Shown here one piece after another: positions 24,339-38,203 of a stretch of 64,000 nucleotides of DNA. Under the pieces are notes generated by a model, which was not told where the DNA came from, did not search any database, and saw only the letters and a program-made list of their open reading frames with translations. Made by a program: the position numbers and the translations under genes. How positions within the stretch are numbered: position 1 is the stretch's first letter; each line of letters starts with the position of its first letter. The DNA comes from Escherichia coli (GTDB taxonomy: Bacteria > Pseudomonadota > Gammaproteobacteria > Enterobacterales > Enterobacteriaceae): the NCBI RefSeq assembly GCF_048403405.1, contig NZ_CP183129.1; one strand, given 5' to 3'.

Positions 24339-26579
24339 ATGAACAAGAAGATTCATTCCCTGGCCTTGTTGGTCAATCTGGGGATTTATGGGGTAGCACA
24401 GGCACAAGAGCCAACCGATACTCCTGTTTCACATGACGATACCATTGTCGTTACCGCCGCCGAGCAGAACTTGCAGGCACCTGGCGTTTCGACCATCACC
24501 GCAGATGAAATCCGCAAAAACCCGGTTGCCCGCGATGTGTCGGAGATCATCCGTACCATGCCAGGCGTTAACCTGACCGGTAACTCCACCAGTGGTCAGC
24601 GTGGGAATAACCGACAGATTGATATTCGCGGCATGGGTCCGGAAAACACGCTGATTTTGATTGACGGCAAGCCGGTAAGCAGCCGTAACTCGGTGCGTCA
24701 GGGCTGGCGTGGCGAGCGCGATACCCGTGGTGATACCTCCTGGGTGCCACCTGAAATGATTGAACGTATTGAAGTTCTGCGTGGTCCGGCAGCTGCGCGT
24801 TATGGCAACGGCGCGGCGGGCGGCGTGGTTAACATCATTACCAAAAAAGGCAGTGGTGAGTGGCACGGCTCGTGGGACGCATATTTCAATGCGCCAGAAC
24901 ATAAAGAGGAAGGTGCCACCAAACGCACTAACTTTAGCCTCACCGGTCCGCTGGGCGACGAATTCAGCTTCCGCTTGTATGGCAACCTCGACAAAACTCA
25001 GGCTGACGCGTGGGATATCAACCAGGGCCATCAGTCCGCGCGTGCCGGAACGTATGCCACGACGTTACCAGCCGGGCGCGAAGGGGTGATCAATAAAGAT
25101 ATTAACGGCGTGGTGCGCTGGGACTTCGCACCATTACAATCGCTGGAACTGGAAGCAGGTTACAGCCGCCAGGGTAACCTGTATGCGGGCGATACCCAGA
25201 ACACCAACTCTGACTCCTATACCCGCTCGAAATATGGCGATGAAACCAACCGTCTGTATCGCCAGAACTACTCGCTGACCTGGAACGGCGGCTGGGATAA
25301 CGGCGTGACCACCAGCAACTGGGTGCAGTACGAACACACCCGTAACTCGCGTATTCCGGAAGGTCTGGCGGGCGGTACCGAAGGGAAATTTAACGAAAAA
25401 GCGACACAGGATTTCGTCGATATCGATCTCGATGACGTGATGCTGCACAGCGAAGTTAACCTGCCGATTGATTTCCTCATTAACCAGACGCTGACGCTGG
25501 GTACGGAGTGGAATCAGCAGCGGATGAAGGACTTGAGTTCCAACACCCAGGCGCTCACCGGGACGAATACCGGCGGCGCTATTGATGGCGTGAGTGCCAC
25601 CGACCGTAGCCCGTATTCAAAAGCAGAAATTTTCTCGCTGTTTGCCGAAAACAATATGGAGCTGACTGACAGCACCATCGTAACGCCGGGGCTGCGTTTC
25701 GATCATCACAGCATTGTTGGCAATAACTGGAGTCCGGCTCTAAACATATCGCAAGGTTTAGGCGATGACTTCACGCTGAAAATGGGCATTGCCCGTGCTT
25801 ATAAAGCGCCGAGTCTGTACCAGACTAACCCAAACTACATTCTCTACAGTAAAGGTCAGGGCTGCTATGCCAGCGCGGGCGGCTGCTATCTGCAAGGTAA
25901 TGATGACCTGAAAGCGGAAACCAGCATCAACAAAGAGATTGGTCTGGAGTTCAAACGCGACGGCTGGCTGGCGGGTGTGACCTGGTTCCGTAACGATTAT
26001 CGCAATAAGATTGAAGCGGGCTATGTGGCTGTAGGGCAAAACGCAGTCGGCACCGATCTCTATCAGTGGGATAACGTACCGAAAGCGGTGGTTGAAGGTC
26101 TGGAAGGATCGTTAAACGTACCGGTTAGCGAAACGGTGATGTGGACCAATAACATCACTTATATGCTGAAGAGTGAAAACAAAACCACGGGCGACCGTTT
26201 GTCGATCATCCCGGAGTATACGTTGAACTCAACGCTGAGCTGGCAGGCACGGGAAGATTTGTCGATGCAAACAACCTTCACCTGGTACGGCAAGCAGCAG
26301 CCGAAGAAGTACAACTATAAAGGTCAGCCAGCGGTTGGACCGGAAACCAAAGAAATCAGTCCGTACAGCATTGTGGGTCTGAGCGCGACCTGGGATGTGA
26401 CGAAGAATGTCAGTCTGACCGGCGGCGTGGACAACCTGTTCGACAAACGTTTGTGGCGTGCAGGTAATGCCCAGACCACGGGCGATCTGGCAGGAGCCAA
26501 CTATATCGCCGGTGCCGGGGCGTATACCTATAACGAGCCGGGACGTACGTGGTATATGAGCATTAATACTCACTTCTGA
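24339..26579 (+). CDS. fepA: TonB-dependent ferrienterobactin outer-membrane receptor
   Basis: Start at MNKKIHSLALL; TonB box DTIVVTA; C-terminal terminal Phe. Confidence 0.95.
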   Translation: MNKKIHSLALLVNLGIYGVAQAQEPTDTPVSHDDTIVVTAAEQNLQAPGVSTITADEIRKNPVARDVSEIIRTMPGVNLTGNSTSGQRGNNRQIDIRGMGPENTLILIDGKPVSSRNSVRQGWRGERDTRGDTSWVPPEMIERIEVLRGPAAARYGNGAAGGVVNIITKKGSGEWHGSWDAYFNAPEHKEEGATKRTNFSLTGPLGDEFSFRLYGNLDKTQADAWDINQGHQSARAGTYATTLPAGREGVINKDINGVVRWDFAPLQSLELEAGYSRQGNLYAGDTQNTNSDSYTRSKYGDETNRLYRQNYSLTWNGGWDNGVTTSNWVQYEHTRNSRIPEGLAGGTEGKFNEKATQDFVDIDLDDVMLHSEVNLPIDFLINQTLTLGTEWNQQRMKDLSSNTQALTGTNTGGAIDGVSATDRSPYSKAEIFSLFAENNMELTDSTIVTPGLRFDHHSIVGNNWSPALNISQGLGDDFTLKMGIARAYKAPSLYQTNPNYILYSKGQGCYASAGGCYLQGNDDLKAETSINKEIGLEFKRDGWLAGVTWFRNDYRNKIEAGYVAVGQNAVGTDLYQWDNVPKAVVEGLEGSLNVPVSETVMWTNNITYMLKSENKTTGDRLSIIPEYTLNSTLSWQAREDLSMQTTFTWYGKQQPKKYNYKGQPAVGPETKEISPYSIVGLSATWDVTKNVSLTGGVDNLFDKRLWRAGNAQTTGDLAGANYIAGAGAYTYNEPGRTWYMSINTHF

Positions 26580-26617
26580 TGCTAACGTCAGATTGTTGAC
26601 AAAGTGCGCGTAGTTCA

Positions 26618-26716
26618 TGCCGGATGCGGCGTGAACGCCTTATCCGGCCTACAAAAATCTTGCCAATTCAATATATTGCAGGACCACGTAGGCCTGATAA
26701 GCGTAGCGCATCAGGC
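26618..26716. repeat. REP / BIME element (two inverted REP units)
   Basis: Units atgccggatgcggcgtgaacgccttatccggcctac and gtaggcctgataagcgtagcgcatcaggc match the E. coli REP consensus; lies between fepA and entD. Confidence 0.65.
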
Positions 26717-26744
26717 AGTTTTGCGTTTGTCATCAGTCTCTAAT

Positions 26745-27374
26745 ATGGTCGACATGAAAACTACGCATACCGCCCTCCCCTTTGCCGGAAATACGCTGCA
26801 TTTTGTTAAGTTCGATCCGGCGAGTTTTTGTGAGCAGGATTTACTCTGGCTGCCACACTACGCGCAACTGCAACACGCTGGACGTAAACGTAAAACAGAG
26901 CATTTAGCCGGACGGATCGCTGCAGTTTATGCGCTGCGGGAATATGGCTATAAATGTGTGCCCGCAATCGGCGAGCTACGCCAACCTGTGTGGCCTGCGG
27001 GGGTATACGGCAGTATTAGCCACTGTGGGGCTACGGCATTAGCCGTGGTATCTCGTCAACCGATTGGCATTGATATTGAAGAAATTTTTTCTGCGCAAAC
27101 AGCGGCAGAATTGACAGACAACATTATTACACCAGCAGAACACGAGCGACTCGCAGAATGCGGTTTAACCTTTTCTCTGGCGCTGACACTGGCATTTTCC
27201 GCCAAAGAGAGCGCATTTAAGGCAAGCAAGATACAGGCCGCTCAAGGTTTTCTGGATTATCAGATAATTAGCTGGAATAAACAGCAGATCATCATTCGAC
27301 TAGAGGATGAGCAGTTTGCTGTGCACTGGCAGATAAAAGAAAAAATAGTCATAACGCTGTGCCAACACGATTAA
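26745..27374 (+). CDS. entD: phosphopantetheinyl transferase
   Basis: Start at MVDMKTTHT (ATG at 26754 is an alternative); matches EntD. Confidence 0.9.
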   Translation: MVDMKTTHTALPFAGNTLHFVKFDPASFCEQDLLWLPHYAQLQHAGRKRKTEHLAGRIAAVYALREYGYKCVPAIGELRQPVWPAGVYGSISHCGATALAVVSRQPIGIDIEEIFSAQTAAELTDNIITPAEHERLAECGLTFSLALTLAFSAKESAFKASKIQAAQGFLDYQIISWNKQQIIIRLEDEQFAVHWQIKEKIVITLCQHD

Positions 27375-27495
27375 TTGACAACATCTGGTACGATTCGCCC
27401 GCAGCCATTACTGACCGCGGGCGAAAGTGTAAAGCAGGTGCCTTACCATCCTGACCTGACAACCGGATATGCGGGGATTGCTCCCCGCACAACGG

Positions 27496-27648
27496 CTACT
27501 TCTTCGGTTCGTAAGCGAGAACAGCCTTAAACTCAATATTACGTTCCTTCACCGTAAACTCACACAGCGAGTCGCGGACCAGAAGCGTAAATCCCAGCAC
27601 CGTTAAACACAGCACTATGACTGCCACAAGGGCATATTTCGTCAGCAT
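27496..27648 (-). CDS. hokE: Hok-family type I toxin
   Basis: 50-aa peptide [24 protein letters not shown]... with the Hok signature; the longer 62-aa ORF probably reflects the overlapping mok frame. Confidence 0.85.
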   Translation of the reverse strand: MLTKYALVAVIVLCLTVLGFTLLVRDSLCEFTVKERNIEFKAVLAYEPKK

Positions 27649-27745
27649 GTTTATATTGCCTCCATGCGAAGAAGGGACTACCATCCGAGTTGTTCAGGTT
27701 TGGGTAGGTAGCCCCAGGGTGTACTGACCCCAAAAAGTTGGACAG

Positions 27746-28597
27746 TTAAACACGAGGCATATAGGTCTGATTCCGATATTCAATTGGAGTCAGACCTTTT
27801 AATTTCAGGCTAATTCTTCTGCTGTTGTAGTATTCAATATATTCCGTAACAGCATCCTTCAGTTCGCTTATATTACTGAACTCATCAAGATAAAAACACT
27901 CCGACTTTAAGGTTCCAAAGAAACACTCCACCACAGCATTATCCAGACAATTGCCTTTTCTGGACATGCTTTGTTTAATACCATGTTCTTTAAGGATATT
28001 TTGATATCTTCTCATACGATACTGCCATCCCTGGTCAGAGTGCAGAACAGGATGCTCGTGAGGATTAAGCTTTTTGAATGCCTGATCGAGCATATTCTCA
28101 ACCATGTTCATCACTGGTCTTTCCGAAAGGCTGTAAGAAATAACTTCGTTGTTGAAGAGATCTATTACTGGAGACAAATACAGCTTGCGCCCATTGACTA
28201 CAAATTCAGTAACATCGGTAACCCACTTCTCGTTTGGCCGCGTAGCCTTGAAATCTCTTTGGAGAACATTAGGGGCGGTTTGCCCTACCTCTCCTCTGTA
28301 AGAGCGGTATCGCTTGACCTTAATCGCTGCTTTAAGTGAGAGGGTTCCCATCAGGCGCTGAACAGCTTTATGGTTAATCTGTTTCCCTTCTCGATGAAGA
28401 GACAGCGTTACCCTACGGTATCCGTATCGGCCTCTATTCTCGTGATAAATCTCACCAATACGCTTTTTAACGTCCGCATACTTGTCAGGCTTGCTGAGAG
28501 CCTTTAGATGGTAATAAAACGTACTGCGCGGTATCTCCGCAGCCCTGAGAAGCTCATCAAGAGGATAAAACTGCCTTAGCTCGTTGAGTACTTTTAC
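27746..28597 (-). CDS. insK: IS150 transposase OrfB (expressed via -1 frameshift from insJ)
   Basis: DDE-transposase-like ORF in IS3-family arrangement; 5' boundary approximate (the ORF track shows only the 201-aa Met-initiated part). Confidence 0.8.
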   Translation of the reverse strand, partial: VKVLNELRQFYPLDELLRAAEIPRSTFYYHLKALSKPDKYADVKKRIGEIYHENRGRYGYRRVTLSLHREGKQINHKAVQRLMGTLSLKAAIKVKRYRSYRGEVGQTAPNVLQRDFKATRPNEKWVTDVTEFVVNGRKLYLSPVIDLFNNEVISYSLSERPVMNMVENMLDQAFKKLNPHEHPVLHSDQGWQYRMRRYQNILKEHGIKQSMSRKGNCLDNAVVECFFGTLKSECFYLDEFSNISELKDAVTEYIEYYNSRRISLKLKGLTPIEYRNQTYMPRV

Positions 28598-29115
28598 TTT
28601 TTCGTGGGATGAGCTAAGGCTTTCAGCTTTTTTAGATACATAAGCCGCGTTTCAAGAAATCGAACTTGCCTTTCAAGATCCTCAATGCGTCGGTCTTTTG
28701 ACAGCTCCAATGCTGATGCCGCTTTTTCTGGATCAACTGATATTGCAATGTTTCTTTTGGTGCCAATCTTGAGCGCGCGTAAACCAGCTTCTCCGCGCTC
28801 TTCATAGACCTTCAGCCACCTGGCTACAGAACCACTACCAGCAAGCATAAAGTGAGCAGCAGCCTGATTAAGGGACATGTGCTGCTCGATCACAGCTTTC
28901 ACGACCTTAATACGCAACTCTGGATCAGCACTAACGCCTTTAGGTTTGGGAATTAAACCTTTTTCTCCATGTTTTTCATAGAGGGCAACCCATGTCCTGA
29001 CCTGGGTTCGGGGGACACCAAAACGTGCCGAGATGATCCTGTAACCATCATCAGTTGTGAAGTAGTGATTCACGACTTCAAGGCGCTTTTCAAAAGGGTA
29101 TTTTGGCTTTGACAT
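28594..29115 (-). CDS. insJ: IS150 transposase OrfA (HTH)
   Basis: 173-aa ORF MSKPKYPFEKRLEVVNHYF... recognised as IS150 InsJ. Confidence 0.9.
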   Translation of the reverse strand: MSKPKYPFEKRLEVVNHYFTTDDGYRIISARFGVPRTQVRTWVALYEKHGEKGLIPKPKGVSADPELRIKVVKAVIEQHMSLNQAAAHFMLAGSGSVARWLKVYEERGEAGLRALKIGTKRNIAISVDPEKAASALELSKDRRIEDLERQVRFLETRLMYLKKLKALAHPTKK

Positions 29116-29526
29116 ATTAGGGGCTATTCCATTTCATCGTCCAACAAAATGGGTGCAGTACAGGGTTGATAGAAATATCTCCTGGGGCTTCATCTTTCCA
29201 GACCTCAGAGTAAACCTGAAACCGGAAAGCTTCAGGCACCCGCCGTTATCTTACCCTTCCTCAGCAAAATAGCTGTTTATTTATACAGTGAGTCCTGTTT
29301 CGGACTTCTCACTCCTAATTTGATCAACTGAAGCTGAACCCGTTTTTTTCTGCATGCCTCAATCGTCAAAATTCTTCGCCACCAGCCAGCTCTGCCATAA
29401 CTTGTCACATTGCAAAAGTAGCCAAATTGCTTCAGTCACCATCACCAAAAAAAAGAAACATTCCAGAACTTCCGCATCTCGCCCAGCCGCTCCGACTTCT
29501 ATACTGAATAGAAAACGCCAACATAA

Positions 29527-30654
<1,128 letters not shown>

Positions 30655-30719
30655 GCCGGGAATTGCCTTACAGAAGAATATCCCTGACAATGGTGTTTTA
30701 ACTTACATTTAACAATGTT

Positions 30720-30968
30720 ATGAAACACCCTTTAGAAACCTTGACCACCGCAGCAGGCATTTTGCTGATGGCTTTCCTTTCTTGCCTGCTGCTGCCCGCC
30801 CCCGCACTGGGGCTGACGCTGGCACAAAAACTGGTGACCATGTTCCATCTGATGGATCTTAGCCAGCTTTACACTTTATTGTTTTGTCTGTGGTTTTTAG
30901 TGCTGGGCGCTATTGAGTATTTTGTTCTGCGCTTTATCTGGCGACGCTGGTTCTCGCTGGCGGATTAA
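30720..30968 (+). CDS. ybdJ: small inner-membrane protein
   Basis: 82-aa hydrophobic ORF; synteny. Confidence 0.85.
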   Translation: MKHPLETLTTAAGILLMAFLSCLLLPAPALGLTLAQKLVTMFHLMDLSQLYTLLFCLWFLVLGAIEYFVLRFIWRRWFSLAD

Positions 30969-31032
30969 ACGTCGATTATCGCCGAACTTCGCGGCATACT
31001 TTGCTTATTCTCCTTCGCCTAAAGGAACGTTT

Positions 31033-31401
31033 ATGGATAAGCAATCACTGCACGAAACGGCGAAACGCCTGGCCCTTGAGTTACCCTTTGTCGAGCTTTG
31101 CTGGCCTTTTGGCCCGGAGTTCGATGTTTTTAAAATTGGCGGCAAGATTTTTATGCTGTCGTCGGAGCTGCGCGGCGTCCCCTTTATCAATCTGAAGTCC
31201 GATCCACAAAAATCCCTGTTAAATCAGCAGATATACCCGAGCATTAAACCAGGATATCACATGAATAAAAAGCACTGGATTTCGGTTTATCCCGGCGAGG
31301 AAATCTCCGAAGCGTTACTTAGCGATCTGATCAACGATTCGTGGAATCTGGTGGTTGATGGTCTGGCTAAACGCGATCAAAAAAGAGTGCGTCCAGGCTA
31401 A
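31033..31401 (+). CDS. ybdF: conserved protein YbdF
   Basis: Start at [13 protein letters not shown]; 122 aa. Confidence 0.85.
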   Translation: MDKQSLHETAKRLALELPFVELCWPFGPEFDVFKIGGKIFMLSSELRGVPFINLKSDPQKSLLNQQIYPSIKPGYHMNKKHWISVYPGEEISEALLSDLINDSWNLVVDGLAKRDQKRVRPG

Positions 31402-31494
31402 AGCGGAAATCTATAGCGCATTTTTCTCGCTTACCATTTCTCGTTGAACCTTGTAATCTGCTGGCACGCAAAATTACTTTCACATGGAGTCTTT

Positions 31495-32148
31495 ATGGAT
31501 ATCATTTCTGTCGCCTTAAAGCGTCATTCCACTAAGGCATTTGATGCCAGCAAAAAACTTACCCCGGAACAGGCCGAGCAGATCAAAACGCTACTGCAAT
31601 ACAGCCCATCCAGCACTAACTCCCAGCCGTGGCATTTTATTGTTGCCAGCACGGAAGAAGGTAAAGCGCGTGTTGCCAAATCCGCTGCCGGTAATTACGT
31701 GTTCAACGAGCGTAAAATACTTGATGCCTCGCACGTCGTGGTGTTCTGTGCAAAAACCGCGATGGACGATGCCTGGCTGAAGCTGGTTGTTGACCAGGAA
31801 GATGCCGATGGCCGCTTTGCCACGCCGGAAGCGAAAGCCGCGAACGATAAAGGTCGCAAGTTCTTCGCCGATATGCACCGTAAAGATCTGCATGATGATG
31901 CGCAGTGGATGGCAAAACAGGTTTATCTCAACGTCGGTAACTTCCTGCTCGGCGTGGCGGCGCTGGGTCTGGACGCGGTGCCCATCGAAGGTTTTGACGC
32001 CGCCATCCTCGATGCAGAATTTGGTCTGAAAGAGAAAGGCTACACCAGTCTGGTGGTTGTTCCGGTAGGTCATCACAGCGTTGAAGATTTTAACGCTACG
32101 CTGCCGAAATCTCGTCTGCCGCAAAACATCACCTTAACCGAAGTGTAA
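31495..32148 (+). CDS. nfsB: oxygen-insensitive NAD(P)H nitroreductase
   Basis: Start at [17 protein letters not shown]; 217 aa; matches NfsB. Confidence 0.95.
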   Translation: MDIISVALKRHSTKAFDASKKLTPEQAEQIKTLLQYSPSSTNSQPWHFIVASTEEGKARVAKSAAGNYVFNERKILDASHVVVFCAKTAMDDAWLKLVVDQEDADGRFATPEAKAANDKGRKFFADMHRKDLHDDAQWMAKQVYLNVGNFLLGVAALGLDAVPIEGFDAAILDAEFGLKEKGYTSLVVVPVGHHSVEDFNATLPKSRLPQNITLTEV

Positions 32149-32207
32149 TTCTCTCTTGCCGGGCATCTGCCCGGCTATTTCCCCTCAGATTCTCCTGATT
32201 TGCATAA

Positions 32208-33503
<1,296 letters not shown>

Positions 33504-33505
33504 TT

Positions 33506-33548
33506 AAAAAAACCGCTCTCATCGAATGGATGAGAGCGGACATCGTTT
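33506..33548. terminator. bidirectional intrinsic terminator between convergent ybdG and pheP
   Basis: Perfect 11-bp inverted repeat ccgctctcatc / gatgagagcgg with 5-nt loop, flanked by an A-run on one side and a T-run on the other. Confidence 0.6.
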
Positions 33549-33570
33549 TGTCGGATGTAGCGTGAATGCC

Positions 33571-34947
33571 TTATTTCCGACGCAGCGTTTTAAATGCCAC
33601 AAACAGGAATACAATCCACACCGGCAGCAGGATCGCTGACAAGCGCATATCATCCATCGTGCACATCAGCAGCAAAATCATGCCGAGGAAGGCAATACAA
33701 AGATAGTTGCCGAACGGATAAAGCAGCGCCTTAAACTGTGTTTCACGTCCCTGACGTCGCATCGCCGCGCGAAAACGCAGATGCGCCAGGCAGATCATAA
33801 TCCAGTTCAACAGCAGCGTTGCTACCACCAGCGCCATCAGCAGACCAAACGCTTTTTGCGGCAGCAGATAGTTGATTAACACCACCAGCGAAGTGATCGC
33901 TCCGGAAAGCATCAGCGAGTTAATCGGCACGCCGCGACGGCTGACGCGAGTCAAAAACTTCGGCGCATTACCCTGCACAGAAAGGCCAAACAGCATGCGG
34001 CTGTTAGAGTAAACCCCGCTGTTATACACTGACAGCGATGCTACCAGAATGACGAAGTTCAGCGCAGAAGCTACCACGTTGCTGTCGAGATTATGGAAAA
34101 TCATCACAAACGGGCTACTGTTGGATTTCACTTCCACCCACGGATAGAGCGCCAGTAAAACTACCAGTGAACCGATATAAAACAGCAGGATGCGATACAC
34201 TACCTGATTTACCGCTTTCGGAATGCTTTTTTCCGGATCGCGCGCTTCAGCGGCAGTAATCCCAATCAGCTCCAGACCGCCGAAGGAGAACATAATCACC
34301 GCCAGCGACAAAATCAGCCCATTCCAGCCGGTGGCAAAGAAACCACCGTAGCGCCAGAGGTTGTCGATACTGGCTTTCTCGCCGCCGTGCCCAGAAAACA
34401 GCAGCCACAGGCCAAAGCCGATCATACCGATGATCGCCAGCACTTTAATCAGCGCAAACCAGAATTCGGTTTCGCCATATAAGCGCACGTTTACCAGGTT
34501 AACGGCGTTGATGATAATAAAGAAGGCGGCAGCCCAAATCCACGTTGGAACATCCGGGAACCAGTACTGCATATAGATGCCCGCAGCGGTCAGCTCTGCC
34601 ATTCCCACCAGCACGAACATCACCCAGTAGTTCCAGCCGGAGAGGAACCCGGCGAACGGTCCCCAGTATTTATAGGCAAAGTGGGCAAATGAACCGGATA
34701 CCGGCTCTTCGACCACCATCTCGCCGAGCTGGCGCATAATCAGGAAAGCGATGATCCCGGCGACGCCGTAGCCCAGTAATACAGCCGGACCCGCCATCTG
34801 AATCGCCGGGCCAATGCCAAGAAACAGACCAGTACCAATTGCGCCACCCAGCGCAATCAGTTGAATATGACGGTTATGTAATCCGCGATGAAGCGTCGGC
34901 TCTTGATTCGACGCAGTATCTTCCGATACGGTTGACGCGTTTTTCAC
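33571..34947 (-). CDS. pheP: phenylalanine-specific permease
   Basis: APC-family transporter; probable GTG start giving (M)KNASTVSEDT; the ORF track extends to 34983. Confidence 0.9.
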   Translation of the reverse strand: MKNASTVSEDTASNQEPTLHRGLHNRHIQLIALGGAIGTGLFLGIGPAIQMAGPAVLLGYGVAGIIAFLIMRQLGEMVVEEPVSGSFAHFAYKYWGPFAGFLSGWNYWVMFVLVGMAELTAAGIYMQYWFPDVPTWIWAAAFFIIINAVNLVNVRLYGETEFWFALIKVLAIIGMIGFGLWLLFSGHGGEKASIDNLWRYGGFFATGWNGLILSLAVIMFSFGGLELIGITAAEARDPEKSIPKAVNQVVYRILLFYIGSLVVLLALYPWVEVKSNSSPFVMIFHNLDSNVVASALNFVILVASLSVYNSGVYSNSRMLFGLSVQGNAPKFLTRVSRRGVPINSLMLSGAITSLVVLINYLLPQKAFGLLMALVVATLLLNWIMICLAHLRFRAAMRRQGRETQFKALLYPFGNYLCIAFLGMILLLMCTMDDMRLSAILLPVWIVFLFVAFKTLRRK

Positions 34948-35048
34948 GCCTTTCCCCTGTGTGTCTTTTTTGTTGAGGGGCACCTTTTAACATTTAGTGC
35001 CCATCGTCGCAAGACACAATCCACACGGTTAAACCGGGTATCCTGCTT

Positions 35049-38000
35049 TTATTTCCGTACCCGATGTCGGTGCAGCCACATCAGCTTATACGCCGCCGGG
35101 ATAATAAACAGCGATAGCAAAGGCGCGGTGATCATGCCGCCAATCATCGGCGCGGCAATCCGGCTCATCACCTCTGAACCTGCTCCCGTTCCCCACAGAA
35201 TCGGCAGCAGACCGGCGATAATCACTGCCACCGTCATCGCTTTCGGGCGCACGCGCAGGACCGCGCCGTGATACAACGCCTCATCCAGCTTCTGCTCGCT
35301 GAATGTTTGCGGATTATTCAACGACGGCTCGACCTCTATGGCGTGACGTAAATACATCAGCATCACCACGCCAAATTCGGCGGCGACTCCGGCGAGGGCA
35401 ATAAAACCGGTGCCCGTCGCCACGGAAAGATGAAAGCCCATCCACCACAGCAACCAGATGCCGCCCACCAGCGCAAACGGTACGCTGCTGATAATCAGCA
35501 ACGCTTCGCCCACCCGACGGAACGCCAGATACAACAGCACGAAGATGATCATCAGCGTCATCGGCACCATGAGTTTCAGCTTATGGTTGGCGCGCTCCAG
35601 TAGCTCGAACTGCCCGGAGAATGTCACGCTGGTGCCCGGTTTTAACTGCACTTTTTCAGCTATCGCTTTTTGCAAATCGTGAACCACCGACACCATGTCA
35701 CGATCGCGGGCATCGATATAAATCCAGCTCGTCGGGCGCGCATTCTCGGTTTTCAGCATCGACGGTCCGGTAGAGACTTTAACGTCGGCCACGTCTGCCA
35801 GGGTGATTTGCTGCTTCATCGGCGTCAGGATCGGCAACTGGCGCAGTGCCTGCGGACTATTGCGCCAGCTTTGCGGATAACGCAGATTAATTGGATAACG
35901 GGCAATCCCTTCCACCGTTTCGCCAACCATCGCCCCGCCCACCGCAGAAGTCACAAACAACTGCACATCCGCCACCGTCATACCGTAACGTGCGGCTTTT
36001 TCACGGTTAATCTCAACGTTGATATAGCGCCCACCTTCCAGACGCTCGGCAAGCGCAGAAGCCACGCCTGGCACCGTTCGTGCCACCTCTTCAATTTGCT
36101 CCGCCATCGCGTCGATATCCGCCAGCACAGTGCCGGAAACTTTAATGCCGATGGGGCTCTTAATGCCGGTTGAGAGCATATCGATACGGTTACGAATTGG
36201 CGGCACCCACAGATTCGCCAGCCCCGGCAGACGCACGGTGTTATCCAGTTCCTCAATGATTTTGTCCATCGTCATGCCTGGCCGCCACTGATCTTGTGGC
36301 TTAAGCTGGATGGTCGTTTCTACCATCTCCAGCGGAGCAGAATCGGTGGCGGTTTCCGCTTTCCCGGTTTTGCCAAATACCCGCGCCACTTCAGGTACGC
36401 TCATAATCAGCTTGTCGGTTTTTTGCAGCATACTCGCCGCCTCTGCTGCGGAAATCCCCGGCAGCGTCGATGGCATATACAACAAGTCGCCTTCATTGAT
36501 CTGCGGTAAAAATTCCCCGCCAACTTTATTGAGCGGCCAGAGAACCGTCAGCACCGAAAGCGCTGCCACCAGCAGCGTGGTTTTTGGCCAGTGCAGTACT
36601 TTCAGCAACAGCGGATGATAAGCACGAATCAAAAAGCGATTGAGCGGGTTACTGCTTTCTGGCGGAATTTTGCCACGGATCCAGTAACCCATCAGGATAG
36701 GGATCACTACGATCGCCAGCAGCGCCGCACCCGCCATCGCATACGTTTTGGTGAACGCCAGCGGGCCAAACAGACGCCCTTCCTGCCCTTCCAGGGTGAA
36801 GATCGGGATAAACGACAACGTGATAATCAGCAGACTGATAAACAGCGCCGGCCCCACTTCAACAGATGCATCGGTGATCACCTGCCAGCGCGTTTTATTA
36901 TCCAGCGTGGCGTCAGGATGCTGGTGCTGCCACTCTTCCAGTCGTTTATGCGCATTCTCGATCATGACGATAGCGGCATCGACCATCGCCCCGACGGCAA
37001 TCGCAATGCCGCCCAGCGACATAATATTGGCATTCAGCCCCTGGAAGTGCATGACAATAAAAGCAATACACAACCCCAGCGGCAACGAAATAATCGCCAC
37101 CAGCGCCGAGCGCACATGCCAGAGAAACAGCGCACAGACTACCGCCACCACAATAAACTCTTCCAGCAACTTGCCGCTGAGGTTGTCGATGGCGCGGTCA
37201 ATGAGCTGGCTGCGATCGTATGTTGTAACTATCTCCACGCCTTCCGGCAGACTGCTTTTCAGCGTTTCCAGTTTGTCTTTCACGGCGGCGATCACTTCTC
37301 GGGCGTTTTTGCCGGAGCGCAGGATCACCACCCCGCCCGCCACTTCGCCTTCGCCGTTCAGTTCGGCAATGCCCCGGCGCATCTCCGGGCCAATCTGGAC
37401 CTTCGCAACATCGCGCAGATAAACGGGCACGCCATTTTCACTGGCTTTTAAAACGATGTGATTAAAGTCGTCGAGCGTTTGCAGATAGCCGCTGGCGCGC
37501 ACCATATATTCCGCTTCCGCCAGTTCGATCGACGAACCGCCCGCTTCCTGGTTTGAAGCATCCAGCGCGCTTTTTACTTCGGCGAGACTGATGCCATATT
37601 GCGCCAGGCGCTGGGGATCGATAACCACCTGATACTCTTTCACCACACCGCCCACCGACGCCACTTCCGCAACGTCAGGGATGGTTTTTAGCTCATATTT
37701 GAGAAACCAGTCCTGCAATGAGCGTAAATCGGCCAGATCGTGCTTACCGCTGCGATCCACCAGTGCATATTCATAGATCCAGCCAACACCCGTGGCATCT
37801 GGCCCCAGCTCAGCGCTGACTCCCGCAGGCAGCTTACCCTGTACCTGGTTGAGGTACTCCAGCACCCGCGAGCGCGCCCAGTATGGATCGGTGCCATCTT
37901 CGAAAATGACATACACATAAGAGTCGCCAAACTGCGAGAAACCGCGCACAGTCTTCGCGCCAGGCACCGACAACATAGTGGTGGTTAGCGGATAAGTCAC

Positions 38001-38192
38001 CTGATTTTCAACGATTTGCGGTGCCTGACCGGGATAGCTGGTTTTAATAATCACCTGCACATCAGAGAGATCCGGCAGTGCATCCACTGGCGTGTTAATG
38101 ATGGTCCAGGTGCCCCAGATACTCAGAAACAACGCGCCCATCAGCACCAGAAAACGGTTCGCCACCGAGCGACGAATAATCCATTCAATCAT
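35049..38192 (-). CDS. cusA: RND copper/silver efflux pump
   Basis: 1047-aa RND transporter ORF. Confidence 0.95.
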   Translation of the reverse strand: MIEWIIRRSVANRFLVLMGALFLSIWGTWTIINTPVDALPDLSDVQVIIKTSYPGQAPQIVENQVTYPLTTTMLSVPGAKTVRGFSQFGDSYVYVIFEDGTDPYWARSRVLEYLNQVQGKLPAGVSAELGPDATGVGWIYEYALVDRSGKHDLADLRSLQDWFLKYELKTIPDVAEVASVGGVVKEYQVVIDPQRLAQYGISLAEVKSALDASNQEAGGSSIELAEAEYMVRASGYLQTLDDFNHIVLKASENGVPVYLRDVAKVQIGPEMRRGIAELNGEGEVAGGVVILRSGKNAREVIAAVKDKLETLKSSLPEGVEIVTTYDRSQLIDRAIDNLSGKLLEEFIVVAVVCALFLWHVRSALVAIISLPLGLCIAFIVMHFQGLNANIMSLGGIAIAVGAMVDAAIVMIENAHKRLEEWQHQHPDATLDNKTRWQVITDASVEVGPALFISLLIITLSFIPIFTLEGQEGRLFGPLAFTKTYAMAGAALLAIVVIPILMGYWIRGKIPPESSNPLNRFLIRAYHPLLLKVLHWPKTTLLVAALSVLTVLWPLNKVGGEFLPQINEGDLLYMPSTLPGISAAEAASMLQKTDKLIMSVPEVARVFGKTGKAETATDSAPLEMVETTIQLKPQDQWRPGMTMDKIIEELDNTVRLPGLANLWVPPIRNRIDMLSTGIKSPIGIKVSGTVLADIDAMAEQIEEVARTVPGVASALAERLEGGRYINVEINREKAARYGMTVADVQLFVTSAVGGAMVGETVEGIARYPINLRYPQSWRNSPQALRQLPILTPMKQQITLADVADVKVSTGPSMLKTENARPTSWIYIDARDRDMVSVVHDLQKAIAEKVQLKPGTSVTFSGQFELLERANHKLKLMVPMTLMIIFVLLYLAFRRVGEALLIISSVPFALVGGIWLLWWMGFHLSVATGTGFIALAGVAAEFGVVMLMYLRHAIEVEPSLNNPQTFSEQKLDEALYHGAVLRVRPKAMTVAVIIAGLLPILWGTGAGSEVMSRIAAPMIGGMITAPLLSLFIIPAAYKLMWLHRHRVRK

Positions 38193-38203
38193 TGGTTATT
38201 CCC

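Larger units (their letters stand above)
27720..29162 (-). mobile_element. IS150 (IS3 family), complete 1443-bp copy with 3-bp GGG target duplication
   Basis: Terminal inverted repeats TGTACTG... at both ends; insJ/insK reading frames; GGG at 27717-27719 and 29163-29165. Confidence 0.95.

Noticed and set aside
36591-37451. 286-aa and 224-aa ORFs on the + strand rich in His/Arg/Gln
   Set aside because: They lie entirely antisense to cusA, have no ribosome-binding site and low-complexity composition; typical shadow ORFs opposite a long GC-rich gene.
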